DNA of 64,000 bases from contig OZ076409.1 in the NCBI GenBank assembly GCA_964187785.1, forward strand, positions 33,666,001-33,730,000. The letters are read 5' to 3'. The DNA comes from Amphiscolops sp. MND2022 (Eukaryota). Below, piece by piece: positions 35,701-45,488 of the stretch. The notes under the pieces are model-generated. The model was not told where the DNA came from and did not search any database. It saw only the letters and a program-made list of their open reading frames with translations. A program made the position numbers and the translations under genes. Every line of letters starts with the position of its first letter. Position 1 is the stretch's first letter.

Positions 35701-38700
35701 TAGTAACACTCGCTGGTTCCAAGGACCTGAGTTCTTGAAACAACCAGTTTCGCAATGGCCATCAAATCCCGTCCACACGCAATTGACAACGATGAGGTGT
35801 ACCCGAAGAACCTCACAGAAGAATTGTTTTCACGCCAACGACGACGCCACAGATGTAGCCAAGGATGATGCCACAGACGTAGCCAAGGACGATGCCACAG
35901 ATGTAGCCAAGGATGATGCCACAGACGTAGCCAAGGACGATGCCTCAGACGTAGCCAAGGATGATGCCACAGACGTGGCCAAGGACGATGCCACAGACGT
36001 AGCCAAGGATGATGCCACAGCCGTAGCCAACGAAGATGCCACAGACGTAGCCAACGACGATGCCACAGACGTAGCCACAGAAGAAGAAGTCGCACACGGA
36101 GCCACCAAAGACAAAGCCGCAGACGTAGCCACAAATGTTCAAGCCCCACACACCGACGGTCTCCGTAACGCAGAAGATGCCACACACAATTCCGACGCCG
36201 CTGCTGTCCTAACAGCAGAAGATGCCGAAGAAGCAGAAGACGAAGACGAAGCAGCAGAAATATCTACAGCCACAGAAGTAGCCGACGAAGATTTAGTTGG
36301 CACAGACGCCACAGTAGTAGCCACTGTGTCAACACCGCAATGTGCAATGGAACACGTTAGCATTGCTTCAACATGTTCTAAAAACACATGCTCGCAGGCC
36401 CATTTGACTCCTTCACCATCATCAAGCTCTATCGTTCAACAGGACACTTCCCACACTCTTGAAGTCAGTCGTTTCTCTTCATGGAAACGTCTAGTTCGTG
36501 TCACTGCCTTTGTTCTTCGAGCTATCAAAAAATTTAGGAGCCTCCGCTTTCGCTCCCAAACGCCTAATAACGTTACTAACTGTCGCAACATGACGCCGTC
36601 GCTGAGCAAGTTTCACTCGTCGTCGTTCCGGTCACTCTCGCCCCGTCACGCCGTTCCGTTTCCGTCCGCTGATGAAATGTCTGATGCAAAAATGTTTCTT
36701 CTCCTAGCCTCGCAGAAGGAGAGTTTCCATAACGAAATTCTATCTTTGTCCAGCAAAAAAATTATCGCCCCTAAAAGCCGCCTACGAAACTTGAAGCCCT
36801 TCCTCGACGCCGACAATTGCCTTCGCGCCGAAGGTCGTTTACGTAAGTCGCCATTTGACTACTGCTTGAAACACCCCATGATCTTAGATGGACACAATCG
36901 CATAATCCAATTGTTCATCGACTTCGTCCATTGCAGCAATGGTCATACCCGCCTGAAGCAAACACAACATATACTTCAGCTTGAGTATTGGATCTTGTCC
37001 TCCGCATCGGTTATAAAGAAAATCATTCGCCGCTGTTTCGATTGCCGCCGTCAATCTGCGTTCGCCGAGTTTCCTGAAATGTCCGACCTGCCGATTTATC
37101 GTTTTCCAATCGAACAACCATTTCCGTTTCAGCAAACCGGACTCGACGTTTTTGGACCATTCGCATCGAAGACTACTTCCCACAGTTACAATAAACGCTA
37201 TGGTCTAATCTTGACTTGCCTCACCACTCGCGCAGTTCACCTTGAAATGTGTACCGACTTGTCCGTAGACGCGTGCATGAAAGCTCTATGCCGCTTCTTT
37301 TCCCGCCGAGGTCAACCGCATTTGCTGATCTCTGACAACGGCACCAACTTCACCGCCTCGGAAAAAGAATTACTCCAAATCTTCAGTCAACCAACCTTGC
37401 AAGAATTTTTCGGAAAACGAGAAATCCGCTGGATTTTCAACCCTCAGCGGGCGCCTCATTTCGGAGGCGTCTGGGAACGTCTCATTCGTTCCTGTAAAGA
37501 CGCGTTCTATGCCATCTTGGGCAACAACGCTTTAACTGACGACACCTTCAACACCCTTCTTTGTGAAGTAGAACACTTCATGAATAATCGCCCTCTCACT
37601 GCGGTTTCATCCGACTCTGGAGATGTTGAGCCTTTGACCCCAAACCACTTTTTGCTGGGAAGAGCCTACAGCAACGTTCCTCTAAGTCAGCCATACCCAT
37701 CTCCAGCAACAATTTCTAAACAATGGAAAATTGCTCAGCAACTGGCTGACTACCTTTGGAATCGTCTCCAAAAAGAGTTTTATCCATCGTTAATTCCCCG
37801 ACAAAAGTGGACAGCTTTATCCAAACCTCTTCAACCAGGTTCAATTGTATGGATTTTGCAGGAATTCACACCACGAGGTCTTTGGCCTTTGGGACGGATC
37901 GTAGCTCCTGTATCTAATGGTGAAGAAGTCGAGTTCTCTAAAGATAGTCAGTATAGACAATACAAAGTTCGGACACCACGGGGAGAACTTATTTTGCCAG
38001 CTATTAGATTGTGTGCTTTGGAAATAAACGAATAGCTTCCAGATTACAAAGATCAACTATTCAAAGAAAGACAGAATGATCATACTAGATATCAAATTTT
38101 TCGACGCAGTTCTGTTTATTTAGGTTGTTTCCTACATGATTCCAATTTTCAGCATTACCCCAATTTTAAAATTAAAAAATTTTGCGATTGCAAAATGAGG
38201 CCGGGTGTAGCTGACTTCGAACATTTCAAACGAATTTGGTTTTCAACAGAAGTCACGACAACTTCCGCCTGCCTGGGAACTTTCTTAAACTTTTTCTGAA
38301 ACGAACGTGATAACTTTCACTTGTCTCGATTCAATGAATGTGAAAACTTCTCAAACTAACTGTTGAATTGCTGTTGACTAAAAACGATTTACCTTATTCG
38401 ATACACTGGATTGAAATAGAAACTGTTGACACAAGATTTCTTCGATTAGAAAAGAATAGACCCAGATTGATTGGAACGGTCTATTTTCTCTCTTTCGGTT
38501 TTCTTTTCCATTGAAACTTCAGACCCACCAATCAATCTGGGCCGCTCTGAATGAGCTAAAAGAGTAAAAGAAACTGAATGCAAACCCCACAGTTTTCTTA
38601 CAACTTTGAAAAGAAGAATTATGCAAAGTTTGGATAGCTAGGTTATGCGAAATTTATCATTTCTAAATTTTTGAACCTTCGAGCAGCTTTTCAAAAGGTG

Positions 38701-40937
38701 CGAACTTCATTTGTGTTTTCTTGTCTTCCTGCACAGGCGAAGTTGCAGTGTTTTGTGTTTGGTTTCTACTGTTAGTAGTTGCCTTCTCTTTCTCGGATTT
38801 ACTATCTGTCTTTGCAATTGAAACCTAAATTACAACAGACAAATTATATTAGACCCAACGAACGGCATGTCAAATTTCAATTTCTCATGCGTGACGTGAA
38901 ATTATCTATAAATCATATCATCATTTTTATGGAAGGGTTAGTTCCAATAAAAACATGCGGAAACGTAATGGATTTTCATGATAAGAAGGAGCTTCTGAAT
39001 TTACGAAGTTGACGATGAGCCAAAGGAACCGTATATCATCTCTCATTTGAGCATCCACTTTTCAACTTTACTTCTTAGTGAAATATTTGACGAAAAATAG
39101 AAGTCTTGATATTCAAGCAAACTCTGTTAAAACGCGAAAAATTGATCTGCAGAAAATCATTGATAAACAACTATTTAAACGAATGAACCTTTTCAGAAGA
39201 ACTGGTTCGCGAGGGTGTCTTCTCAATTTTGGCAATTTTCCTCGGCGGTTCCTTTGGTGAAGCATCTATACTGACTTTCACGTGGGCTTTGGAAGAAGTC
39301 GAAGAATTGCGCAACTGTGATGCTAACGTTGGTTTGTTGGAAGTACTTTGTTCATCAATCGGTTTGCTAGACGTAGATGATCCTGTAGTAGTGTGTACAG
39401 ACATACTGGAAGCAGAAGTCCTGTTTTTGAAGAAAGATCCAATTTTGATATAATCCTGGTCTGTTGACAAATCGGGAACAGCGAGACTAGCCAAAGGGTT
39501 GTTCTTCGACGATGTCTGGGTTACGGAAGTACCAGAAACTTCTTGAGTATCCCCCATCAATTTTAGAAAAGTCAACCCATACAAGTGCTGAAAAACGATG
39601 AGTAGATACAACTCTAGATAAAATGTTTCTTCAAGTCTGTGATAGCTCCACGCTATAGAAATAATTCATTTCTAGGTATCGGCTTCTTGCCACTTAAAGA
39701 GTTTGAGTTCGAATCGCTTGTGAAGAACGCTATTACAATTGGTTTTTCCATGCGTTTGAAACCTTCATGCAGAATTCAATACGAAGAATGGAAGCCTTTT
39801 CATTCGTCTCAATATTGGTCAAACTTCCAACCCAGTTGTTGTATTCTTCGATTCTGACAAATTCAAATCAGTAATTAAGATTGTGTAAATCTAACATTGT
39901 TGAAAGGTTGTGTGCAAACTACTTTGACTCTGTCCCAATACTGTGCTTGTACTTCAGCGTTCAACTTGTCTGTGGCGAACATCTTCACTCTAAACATAAA
40001 AACCAAATACAGCCTGAAATCTTGAAAGAATTCAAAGATGCACTCGTTGTTAACCGATTCAGACTTATCTTGAAAATAAATCTTACAAGCAAATTTACAA
40101 GACTTTTTGTTGCCAGAGTCCTAAGCGGTGCGGCACTGCCAACTTTGGCCGTTAACAGCAAAAGTAACCTCTCAGCCATTTTTTTCCAAAGTTGTTTCCA
40201 TAATAAATGAACATAAAGTAGCTACATAATGAACAAAACCAAACCTTTCCAAAATTGAAAGATAAAGCTAACGTCTGCATGTTTTTCTCGGCTCTGCTGT
40301 CTTGTAGAGACATGAGGGAGGAGCAAACGAGCAGCACTTTGAAGTCGTTGTCCTGAGTGGAGGTGGCCTTGCCCACTAACACTTCCACGAACGCTGAGCC
40401 GTAGTTGCCCACGTGAACAGAACTCAGTTTCGTCGATGACTTCAGCTAAAAGAATTTTCGCATTAATATCCTGATACAGCAACGAACCCCCCAGCTCCCC
40501 CAACGTAGTAGTTAAAAACTTTTCCGCGCTTGCTGTGAGGGGATTAACAGAAAAGATCTGGCATTCATTTCCAGTTTAGATAAACTTTTCACAATAGAGC
40601 TCAGTTTCAAAGAAAATGGATCCATAAACATTGACTCTCACAAGAAAACATTCAGGGGAGTCAGCTACCTGAGATGCTAACAACGGCTTGAACAGACTTT
40701 TCAATACTTCTCGACTTTCCAGAGAACCGTAAATAAACCCTCGTTGAAATTCCTGATTCGGATTCAATTCATGTATTTCAATGGTTTGAACTCTGGCATC
40801 TACAAGAATACAGAGTTCAGCATCACAAAAAGGTCAACTTTTTAAACCTGAATTATAGCGGACACTTGCTTCTCTCCGCGACCGTTGCAAGTCCAGTAAC
40901 CATTGTCTTCAGAAAAGATGTTGGATGCCGGATGCTC
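26723..40937 (-). CDS. XRCC1: DNA repair protein XRCC1; exons 40848-40937, 40273-40445, 39896-39989, 39189-39587, 38677-38824, 30794-30911, ~30388-30510, 27301-27595, 26723-26909; first exon not located
   Basis: N-terminal domain GNYGSAFVEVLVG...FKVLLVCSSLMS, WDRVKVVCTQPF and YGLTFLK. BRCT1 FEKLLEGVVFCLSGFVNPTRTELRQKAMEMGAKFKQDWSPSCTHLICAFSNTPKF...IVKKEWIEDC. BRCT2 LPPLPDFFKRRKFFLFGDF...AYNG...FIKPSWLFAC. GT-AG phases are consistent except the 30388 to 27595 link, which is unresolved. Confidence 0.93.
28727..28752. repeat. Perfect 26-bp palindrome
   Basis: CGAACTAGCAAGA|TCTTGCTAGTTCG; the core GCAAGATCTTGC recurs near 47036. Confidence 0.85.
28932..29395. mobile_element. hAT-superfamily MITE (464 bp) in an XRCC1 intron
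   Basis: 17-bp perfect TIR AGTGATGTCCCTTTTTA (28933-28949 / 29378-29394) with T/C terminal base; 8-bp TSD TAGGAGAC (28924-28931, 29396-29403). Confidence 0.9.
31139..31535 (+). repeat. 5' LTR
   Basis: TGTAGCTGAC...TTCTTACA; identical by eye to 38206-38602. Confidence 0.97.
31536..31553 (+). promoter_or_regulatory. Primer binding site (tRNA-Lys-like TGGCGCCC...)
   Basis: Immediately follows the 5' LTR; first 8 nt match tRNA-Lys-type PBSs. Confidence 0.65.
31901..38035 (+). CDS. BEL/Pao Gag-Pol polyprotein (Gag, CCHC knuckles, aspartic protease, RT, RNase H, integrase)
   Basis: KLKIEPYDGDP, CLNCLGHHLKNDC, FLDSGS, LLTGPDLL, FYMDD, VFTDAS, WTDST, NPADDGTRG, H..GH...CFDC, GLDVFGP, SDNGTNF, GVWERLI. 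Confidence 0.98.
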   Translation: MPSKVNQPKTSLAQRNFHIAKATRLFSRIYRAIDEENSNFNIEPIKTELKTILADVEESTLFLLDHLPENATADQLIVDFTKIQDEYDDLTEKFSSLVKSATANQPEETCNNRSAVDLQQPADTIIDATSGETLAVHNHIGPSIQNDPLNNTRLSSADVQPQADTQQPTPSTALDPPHNTLSHLARPKLKIEPYDGDPMKWNLWYGLFKTLIHDQPISLAEKMTHLQTLTIGVANQAISGFSCNSQMYDAAITELQRRFGRPEIIVNKFLHLLQNFRQPSVQHRNTFTEFSTFVNNLVETFQSLGFYNDLNSTLYVQFAVNKLPPTQRLQWSQYAVTNNLQQPSLIHFNIWMRQFALACDNLPYSPDNRPSTNSTTKDQTPSRFPQHKQNRQLCPFDKIDHHPSHCSIYKNANLQQKRQMVLDNKLCLNCLGHHLKNDCKSQHNCRSCNRKHHTTLHDENILQTPRQHSEQSNDNSRNSKSTTKSFANSKKPLQNTQFAGNQSSTSPPPPDITNVGALLMVVPVTLENENTFISTYAFLDSGSTCSYLLSNVASNLQCKITGPAVKLDIGGFHESKSLEANIVSVKIHPFGNIAESFTINHAFVLPSFNLADVDTTFLNDICQQFPHLQSINFPQLLSNQIGLILGQDNFDLITARTVFKGPPNAPRAVLTNIGWTIGGPHDSRYHQSTFHATTFHCPTSTDSHHDDDDLYDLLASFWRMENFGINPEVTMSKEEKHALNTLRDTILFVDNRYEVGLLWKPNAELPNNFAAAIQQFKKLKQRLNRDPITLDLYSATIENDLKNEYIRRVPADDIPSTGWLLPEHGVLHPNKPGKLRRVSNARAKYKGVCLNDMLLTGPDLLANLLGIILRFRENKYPLSADIEAMYMQVSVRPDDRKFLRFLWGANDPQFFEYLRFVFGAKCSPTCANFALQTCADDHSTDYPHIQRLVRDHFYMDDLFVSTDTVQQAVQIIHDSRTVLSRGGFNLTKWITNCLEILSAVPSEHRALQPEELDHAPKMQKVLGVEWNLSTDELQFSPDKLKNQLGQKPTQRTLLRATSSVFDPLGIAAHVTIRFRIIQQTIWRKGLKWDDPITPSVLPEFFVTVAELPELSSVTIPRQYFRDKPYAISLHVFTDASYSALAAVAYFVYRCSPSSPPEVCFALGKARVAPLQQHTITKLELQAALLGSRLAHFVQHEQRLSFDSIHLWTDSTTVLQWIYGSHQRQQIFVANRVAEILTNTQSHQWNHCPGETNPADDGTRGIPFRDFHSNTRWFQGPEFLKQPVSQWPSNPVHTQLTTMRCTRRTSQKNCFHANDDATDVAKDDATDVAKDDATDVAKDDATDVAKDDASDVAKDDATDVAKDDATDVAKDDATAVANEDATDVANDDATDVATEEEVAHGATKDKAADVATNVQAPHTDGLRNAEDATHNSDAAAVLTAEDAEEAEDEDEAAEISTATEVADEDLVGTDATVVATVSTPQCAMEHVSIASTCSKNTCSQAHLTPSPSSSSIVQQDTSHTLEVSRFSSWKRLVRVTAFVLRAIKKFRSLRFRSQTPNNVTNCRNMTPSLSKFHSSSFRSLSPRHAVPFPSADEMSDAKMFLLLASQKESFHNEILSLSSKKIIAPKSRLRNLKPFLDADNCLRAEGRLRKSPFDYCLKHPMILDGHNRIIQLFIDFVHCSNGHTRLKQTQHILQLEYWILSSASVIKKIIRRCFDCRRQSAFAEFPEMSDLPIYRFPIEQPFPFQQTGLDVFGPFASKTTSHSYNKRYGLILTCLTTRAVHLEMCTDLSVDACMKALCRFFSRRGQPHLLISDNGTNFTASEKELLQIFSQPTLQEFFGKREIRWIFNPQRAPHFGGVWERLIRSCKDAFYAILGNNALTDDTFNTLLCEVEHFMNNRPLTAVSSDSGDVEPLTPNHFLLGRAYSNVPLSQPYPSPATISKQWKIAQQLADYLWNRLQKEFYPSLIPRQKWTALSKPLQPGSIVWILQEFTPRGLWPLGRIVAPVSNGEEVEFSKDSQYRQYKVRTPRGELILPAIRLCALEINE
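35834..36073 (+). repeat. Coding minisatellite: 10 x 24 bp encoding (A[K/N][D/E]DA[T/S][D/A]V) within Pol
   Basis: GCCAAGGA(T/C)GATGCCACAGA(C/T)GTA units, in frame; synonymous variants alternate with a 48-bp period. Confidence 0.97.
38206..38602 (+). repeat. 3' LTR
   Basis: Identical by eye to the 5' LTR; preceded by the purine-rich AAAATGAGGCCGGG. Confidence 0.97.
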
Positions 40938-42106
40938 CTGTAAATAATAGTATTTTCAAAAGTAGAAACTGATAGGAACGCACTGGTAATGAACATTCTC
41001 AAATTGTGACTTTTACTGATTCAAGTTTTGAGTTGAAATCAAAAATTGGTCAGCACCATCTGATAAAAATTGGTCTGTTCGAGGCTCAGTATTCCTTCTG
41101 CAACTGCAAAAACATTCCAACTAAATTCGAAAAGTTCATGCAGAGTTCATTTTCAAATGAAAAATCAGGATGAGTTTTTTTTAAATTCCAGGAAAATCTT
41201 TCACCGTCAAACACAGCCAATTTAAACTCAACAATTTTTAATGAAAGCATCTGAATCTTGGTCTTAGAGCTTTGGTGATTGAGATTTGGTAGAAGAAAAT
41301 GCAACTATTAGGCGAAAATGGCCTTTTGCATTCTTATTTTGTACCTCCAATTCTTGCTATGAGAGTGAAAGTGCTATTACAGTGCTGTAATCAAGAAATC
41401 ATTCCCCGGACCATTTTAGGTTCGATTTTCCCAGAATCGGTTGAAAAATTGAAAAAACATCGGAAATGAAAGTTACATTTATTGTGAAAGTAATAATCAG
41501 CTGATTTTGAGCAAAATTGGGGCTTTTGTCGTTTCCCCAATTTTTGACCGTTTTACCTACAGTTTTGTAGGCAAGGTTTATACTCGATTAATCCATCAAA
41601 TCTACTGAAGCCACGGATATATTGATTTTGAATAAGATCAACCATTTTTGAAACAAAAGGATCAAAAAAGAAAACTGCGTCGATCTACATGTATTGCCAA
41701 AAAGGTAGCATAGATTATCATTATTATGACGAATCTACAAGTCAATTTTCTCAAATCCTGAAAATTTCATTTTTGCACTTCTAATATCAGTGTGTGAATA
41801 CTTCAATCGCATTAGCGGCACTGCCAATTTATTTGAAGTGCACCTTTGTGAATTCTTCAAAATGGGACCCTGCGGGGAACAGTATTATTTCTGCTTTTAG
41901 GCTTTCATGTTCAATAATAGAAGCATATCTCTAGTAAAACTAAACACTCCTGTTTAATCATTTTATAGCACACAATCAATCACTGTACCAGTTTACACCG
42001 CCCATATTTCTTCTCGAATTAAGAAAAAAATCTACTGAGCGTAGACGAAGTTTCGCATTCGCATTTGAATGTACGCGAAGCTCTCGGCGAACAAATAATT
42101 GACAAT

Positions 42107-42235
42107 CGTTCGCTTCATCTCAAAAACCCGGCGTACGAAAGCATAATTACGAACATTCGCTCGCTTCATCTTAGTGAATTCGGCGTACGAATGCATAATT
42201 ACCACTCGCTCGTTTCATCGCACGAGAAACGAACT
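42107..42235. repeat. Short imperfect tandem repeat (~50-bp unit, 2.3 copies)
   Basis: TCG(T/C)TCGCTTCATCT...CGGCGTACGAA(A/T)GCATAATTAC repeated. Confidence 0.6.
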
Positions 42236-43044
42236 GTCGTCGGCAGCTTGAGAAATTTATATCTAACGCTTGTACTCACTGCCGAACAAATTCTGAATTT
42301 TTCAGTAAGTACTCGGATCGCTAAGAGAAGTTGGCTGAAAAAAACTTTCATCTTTGAGATTTCTATATTATTCCTCCTATCGTAGAAATAACACATTTTG
42401 GTAGGTGCAAAAACCAACTTTTGTCAATTCTTGAAAATTTCAAAACTTCCCCGATTGGCGTCGTAATGTGAGATGAGAAATCATTTTTTACGGTGAAAAA
42501 TAGCAATCATCATTTCATTTAGAATGTTTGTCGCACAAAAAACATATCAATGGATTCTAGACAATGTGCAGAAACGGATGAATCTTATTTTGAAAATTCA
42601 AAAAGCTGCTCAAAACTGATAATTTATCTGAAAGGTTCTTTCTGCGCTTGAGATTTCACTTTTTACAAAAAGCTTGGAAATTCAAAAAAAATCAAATATG
42701 ATTTTGCTCCGATCGTATGGGGAAAAATTGAATTTCATCATTTAGATAACATTCCAGCAATGGCAAAAAACCGTGGGCTGAAATCATCAAATTTTAGACT
42801 GAAATCATCAAATTTGCCAAAACCTAAAAGTGTTTCCTGAAATTGAAAATATTACCCCATTTGTATTAGACCAACAACTGTCTTCTCGGGAAATCAGTGA
42901 TCAACCTACTTGAGTTCTGAAATCATCAGATTTAAAAAATCTAAGTTGGCACAAGCAACTCGTTTAAGGAGATTCCGGGAACAAAAAACTACAGCACAGA
43001 AAAAACATTTCAGTCAGAACACGACGTGTAGCCTGCACTCAATG

Positions 43045-43516
43045 AAACAAACCGGGACCTGCCCAAGTCAGCACCATATCTAAGGCTCAAAAATAGCAAA
43101 AGGACTTCAAAGTGTCAAAGTATTATCTTCTGGAGCACCCGAAAATTTTTTTGAAGTCTCAATGCCAAAAAATATTGAAAGGGAGGACCCTTTGGGATTT
43201 TTCAACATCCATTCTGTCGCAAAACTCCAAAAAAAATGAAGGGGTGACCCTTTGGGGAATTTTTTTCCAAAAACGTCTCGCAATGCTGAAAAAAAACAGG
43301 AAGGAGGGACCCTTTGGTCTCGTCCGGTATTGTATGTTACGCGGGAAACCTTTTTGGTTCAGTTCTTTGGGCCAACAGGTACAATTTGGCGTCTTTTAAA
43401 AATTTTGTAGAAATTTTGGTAGAACTATTTTGCTCACTTCAAGTGTATCGAAAAAAACACTGACGAAAAGCCATGGCTATAGGTCAGCTCTTTTCCAGAA
43501 AAGCGCTGACTAAAAA
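43045..43516. mobile_element. HINE-like repeat copy
   Basis: aaacaaaccgggacctgcccaagtcagcaccatatctaaggctc ... tataggtcagctcttttccagaaaagcgctgactaaaaa. Confidence 0.7.
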
Positions 43517-43924
43517 GGAGCTATCCTCTTTGATTGGCAATTTGGCATGTTCAAAAGGAATCTACAGAATCAACTGGTTGACCTAACTTGCATATGTTAC
43601 AATTTTAGATTGCACCTTCCATCTAGAATGCCATTGCACTTACCACCAAAAATTAACACCACCAAAAATTCACACTCGAAAATGAGGTAAGCCGTTCATG
43701 GTATCACGTACGCCATATCATGAACGGCTTGCCTCATTTTCGAGTGGCGTGTGTTGTGATTTAAACATTCGAGTATGTCCTTTCGAAAAAAATGTTTCAA
43801 GGGCGAAGGTACCATAATCACAAAGTCTTTTTTTGAGAACTATTGAAAATTGCAGTTATATCTTTTCGTATTTTCGGGAATATGGGTATTTTTCGAACTT
43901 CATACAGTATACCGATAACAAATC

Positions 43925-44806
43925 AGGGTGGCTACGCCTTCACAATTTTCGTTCTCCCTGACCTCCCTGACCATCTCCCTGACATTTTAGCCTCGCTCTC
44001 CCTGACTATTAGCCTGAAACAGTAAACTTTCTAAAAAAATGTAGCATGAATATGACCCATTCTGTACCCAGGTTTAAGTTGAAAAACAAGATTTTCAGAA
44101 AATTTACTTTTCAACTATATTTTGCATTTCAAATGAACTTGAATCAGTTGAATTTATTCTTGAGTTCATTCAGTTCGTGACGAGCAACTTCAGCCTGTTC
44201 CTTTTTGTCTTTCGCAGGACGTTCGACTCGGCCATGACTTTGAAACAGGCTTTCTTTTCTGCAGAAACACGCTTTCTTTTCTGCTTCGACCCCCTTCTTG
44301 TCAGACAGGTCCAATAGATACTAGGCTTCATAGTCCAACCTCTTGATCTTTGCAATAACTGTGGATATCGTTTAGGTACTAATTTAGGTAGAGTCAATCT
44401 AACGTAAAACTAACCGTAGTGCGCCAACGCCCGTGTTTCCCAGAGTATAATTATTTTTGCAAAACTTGCAATTGAATTGACCACTGTTTTCGACGGCGGC
44501 TCCAACCCACTCCCGAGATTCGGGCCCGTCAAGCCACGCTTTGTTGAAGACACATTCACCCTTTTTTGTCTCGAATTCGCTTGTTCAAAGCCATATCAGA
44601 ATTGAAATGCAATAAAACCTTGCAGACAAACATTTCAAGTTATAATCCAAATCACGTTATTCATTAATTAAGCGAAAACAACCATATATGAATACTAAAC
44701 TAACAAGATATACTATTTAATTCTCCCTGACCAACATTCCTGTCCCTGACCATCTCCCTGACCACTTTTTGCTCTCCGTGACCTCCCTGACCACGTGGCC
44801 ACCCTG
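43925..44806. mobile_element. Non-autonomous DNA transposon with CAGGGTGGC(T/C)AC termini
   Basis: 12-bp TIR (11/12 match), subterminal CTCCCTGACC repeats near both ends and an internal basic ORF remnant (44170-44397, -). No TSD found. Confidence 0.55.
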
Positions 44807-44984
44807 CAATTATTCTTGTGTAATCTACATAAACTTTATAGACTTTAAGGTATTCACGAACGTTTTGAACTTTTTTAACATCCTCACTTCATAGATTATT
44901 GTTATACATTTGAAATTTTTACTAGATTTCCATAAAATACTATTGTAATCTTGGTCAAAATTTGACTTTTCATAGGTATATAAC

Positions 44985-45488
44985 AAACAAGCCGGGAACG
45001 GCCCAAGTCGGCGCCATATCTGAGGCTCGAAAATAACAAAAGGACTTCAAAGTGTCAAGTTTTCTCTTCTACAATACCCGTTTGAGGAAAAATTGAAAAA
45101 AAAATTCCTATTTTTTTTGAAATTTTTCAAAAATTTTTTTGGTCACCCGTAAGTCGCATAGTGCCGAAACATGTAAAATGGGGCCCTTTGGGAGTTTTTT
45201 AACATCCATTTTTTTGCAAAATAGACAAAAAAATGAAGGGTGGACCCTTTGGAGATGTTTGCGAAAAAAGTCTCACAAAGCCGAAAAAAATTTGCACAAA
45301 AAATTTTTGGTCATGGCGGGACTCGAACCCATGTCCTTCTGCTTGTCAGACCTCGAAAAAGCCGTAGTGGCCAAGTGGCAGTGAAGTAGTGTGACACGGT
45401 TTAGTGTTAGTGCCGGTTTAGAGTTAGTGCCAAAAAAAGAAGGCACTACTATAGTCTGCGTTTTTCTTCGAAAAGCGCCGACTAAAAA
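44985..45488. mobile_element. HINE-like repeat copy
   Basis: Stem-loop GCCG-GGAA-CGGC (44991-45002), subTIR AGTCGGCGC (45006-45014) and GCGCCGACT (45475-45483) within a terminal hairpin. Confidence 0.75.

Larger units (their letters stand above)
31139..38602 (+). mobile_element. Intact, very young BEL/Pao LTR retrotransposon (7,464 bp) inserted antisense into an XRCC1 intron
   Basis: Two 397-bp TG...CA LTRs with no differences seen, 4-bp TSD ACTT (31135-31138, 38603-38606), PBS TGGCGCCC, PPT-like GAGGCCGGG and one uninterrupted 2044-aa ORF. Confidence 0.98.

Noticed and set aside
35834-36073. 24-bp tandem array as a CRISPR array
   Set aside because: The units are contiguous with no unique spacers, lie in frame inside a retrotransposon ORF, and no cas genes are present.
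35607-36387. Antisense ORFs (HPWLRLWH repeats, ATSVASSL repeats)
   Set aside because: They are shadows of the stop-free coding minisatellite on the opposite strand.
40576-40800. ATG CCA GAG (MPEF...) as the XRCC1 start, or the 63-aa ORF as an exon
   Set aside because: It lies downstream of the identified exon 40848-40937, inside an intron, and the frame stops after a few codons.
43112-43399. ORFs within HINE copies (also 45139-45384, 56514-56741, 61514-61711)
   Set aside because: Chance frames in a non-coding repeat, not conserved between copies.
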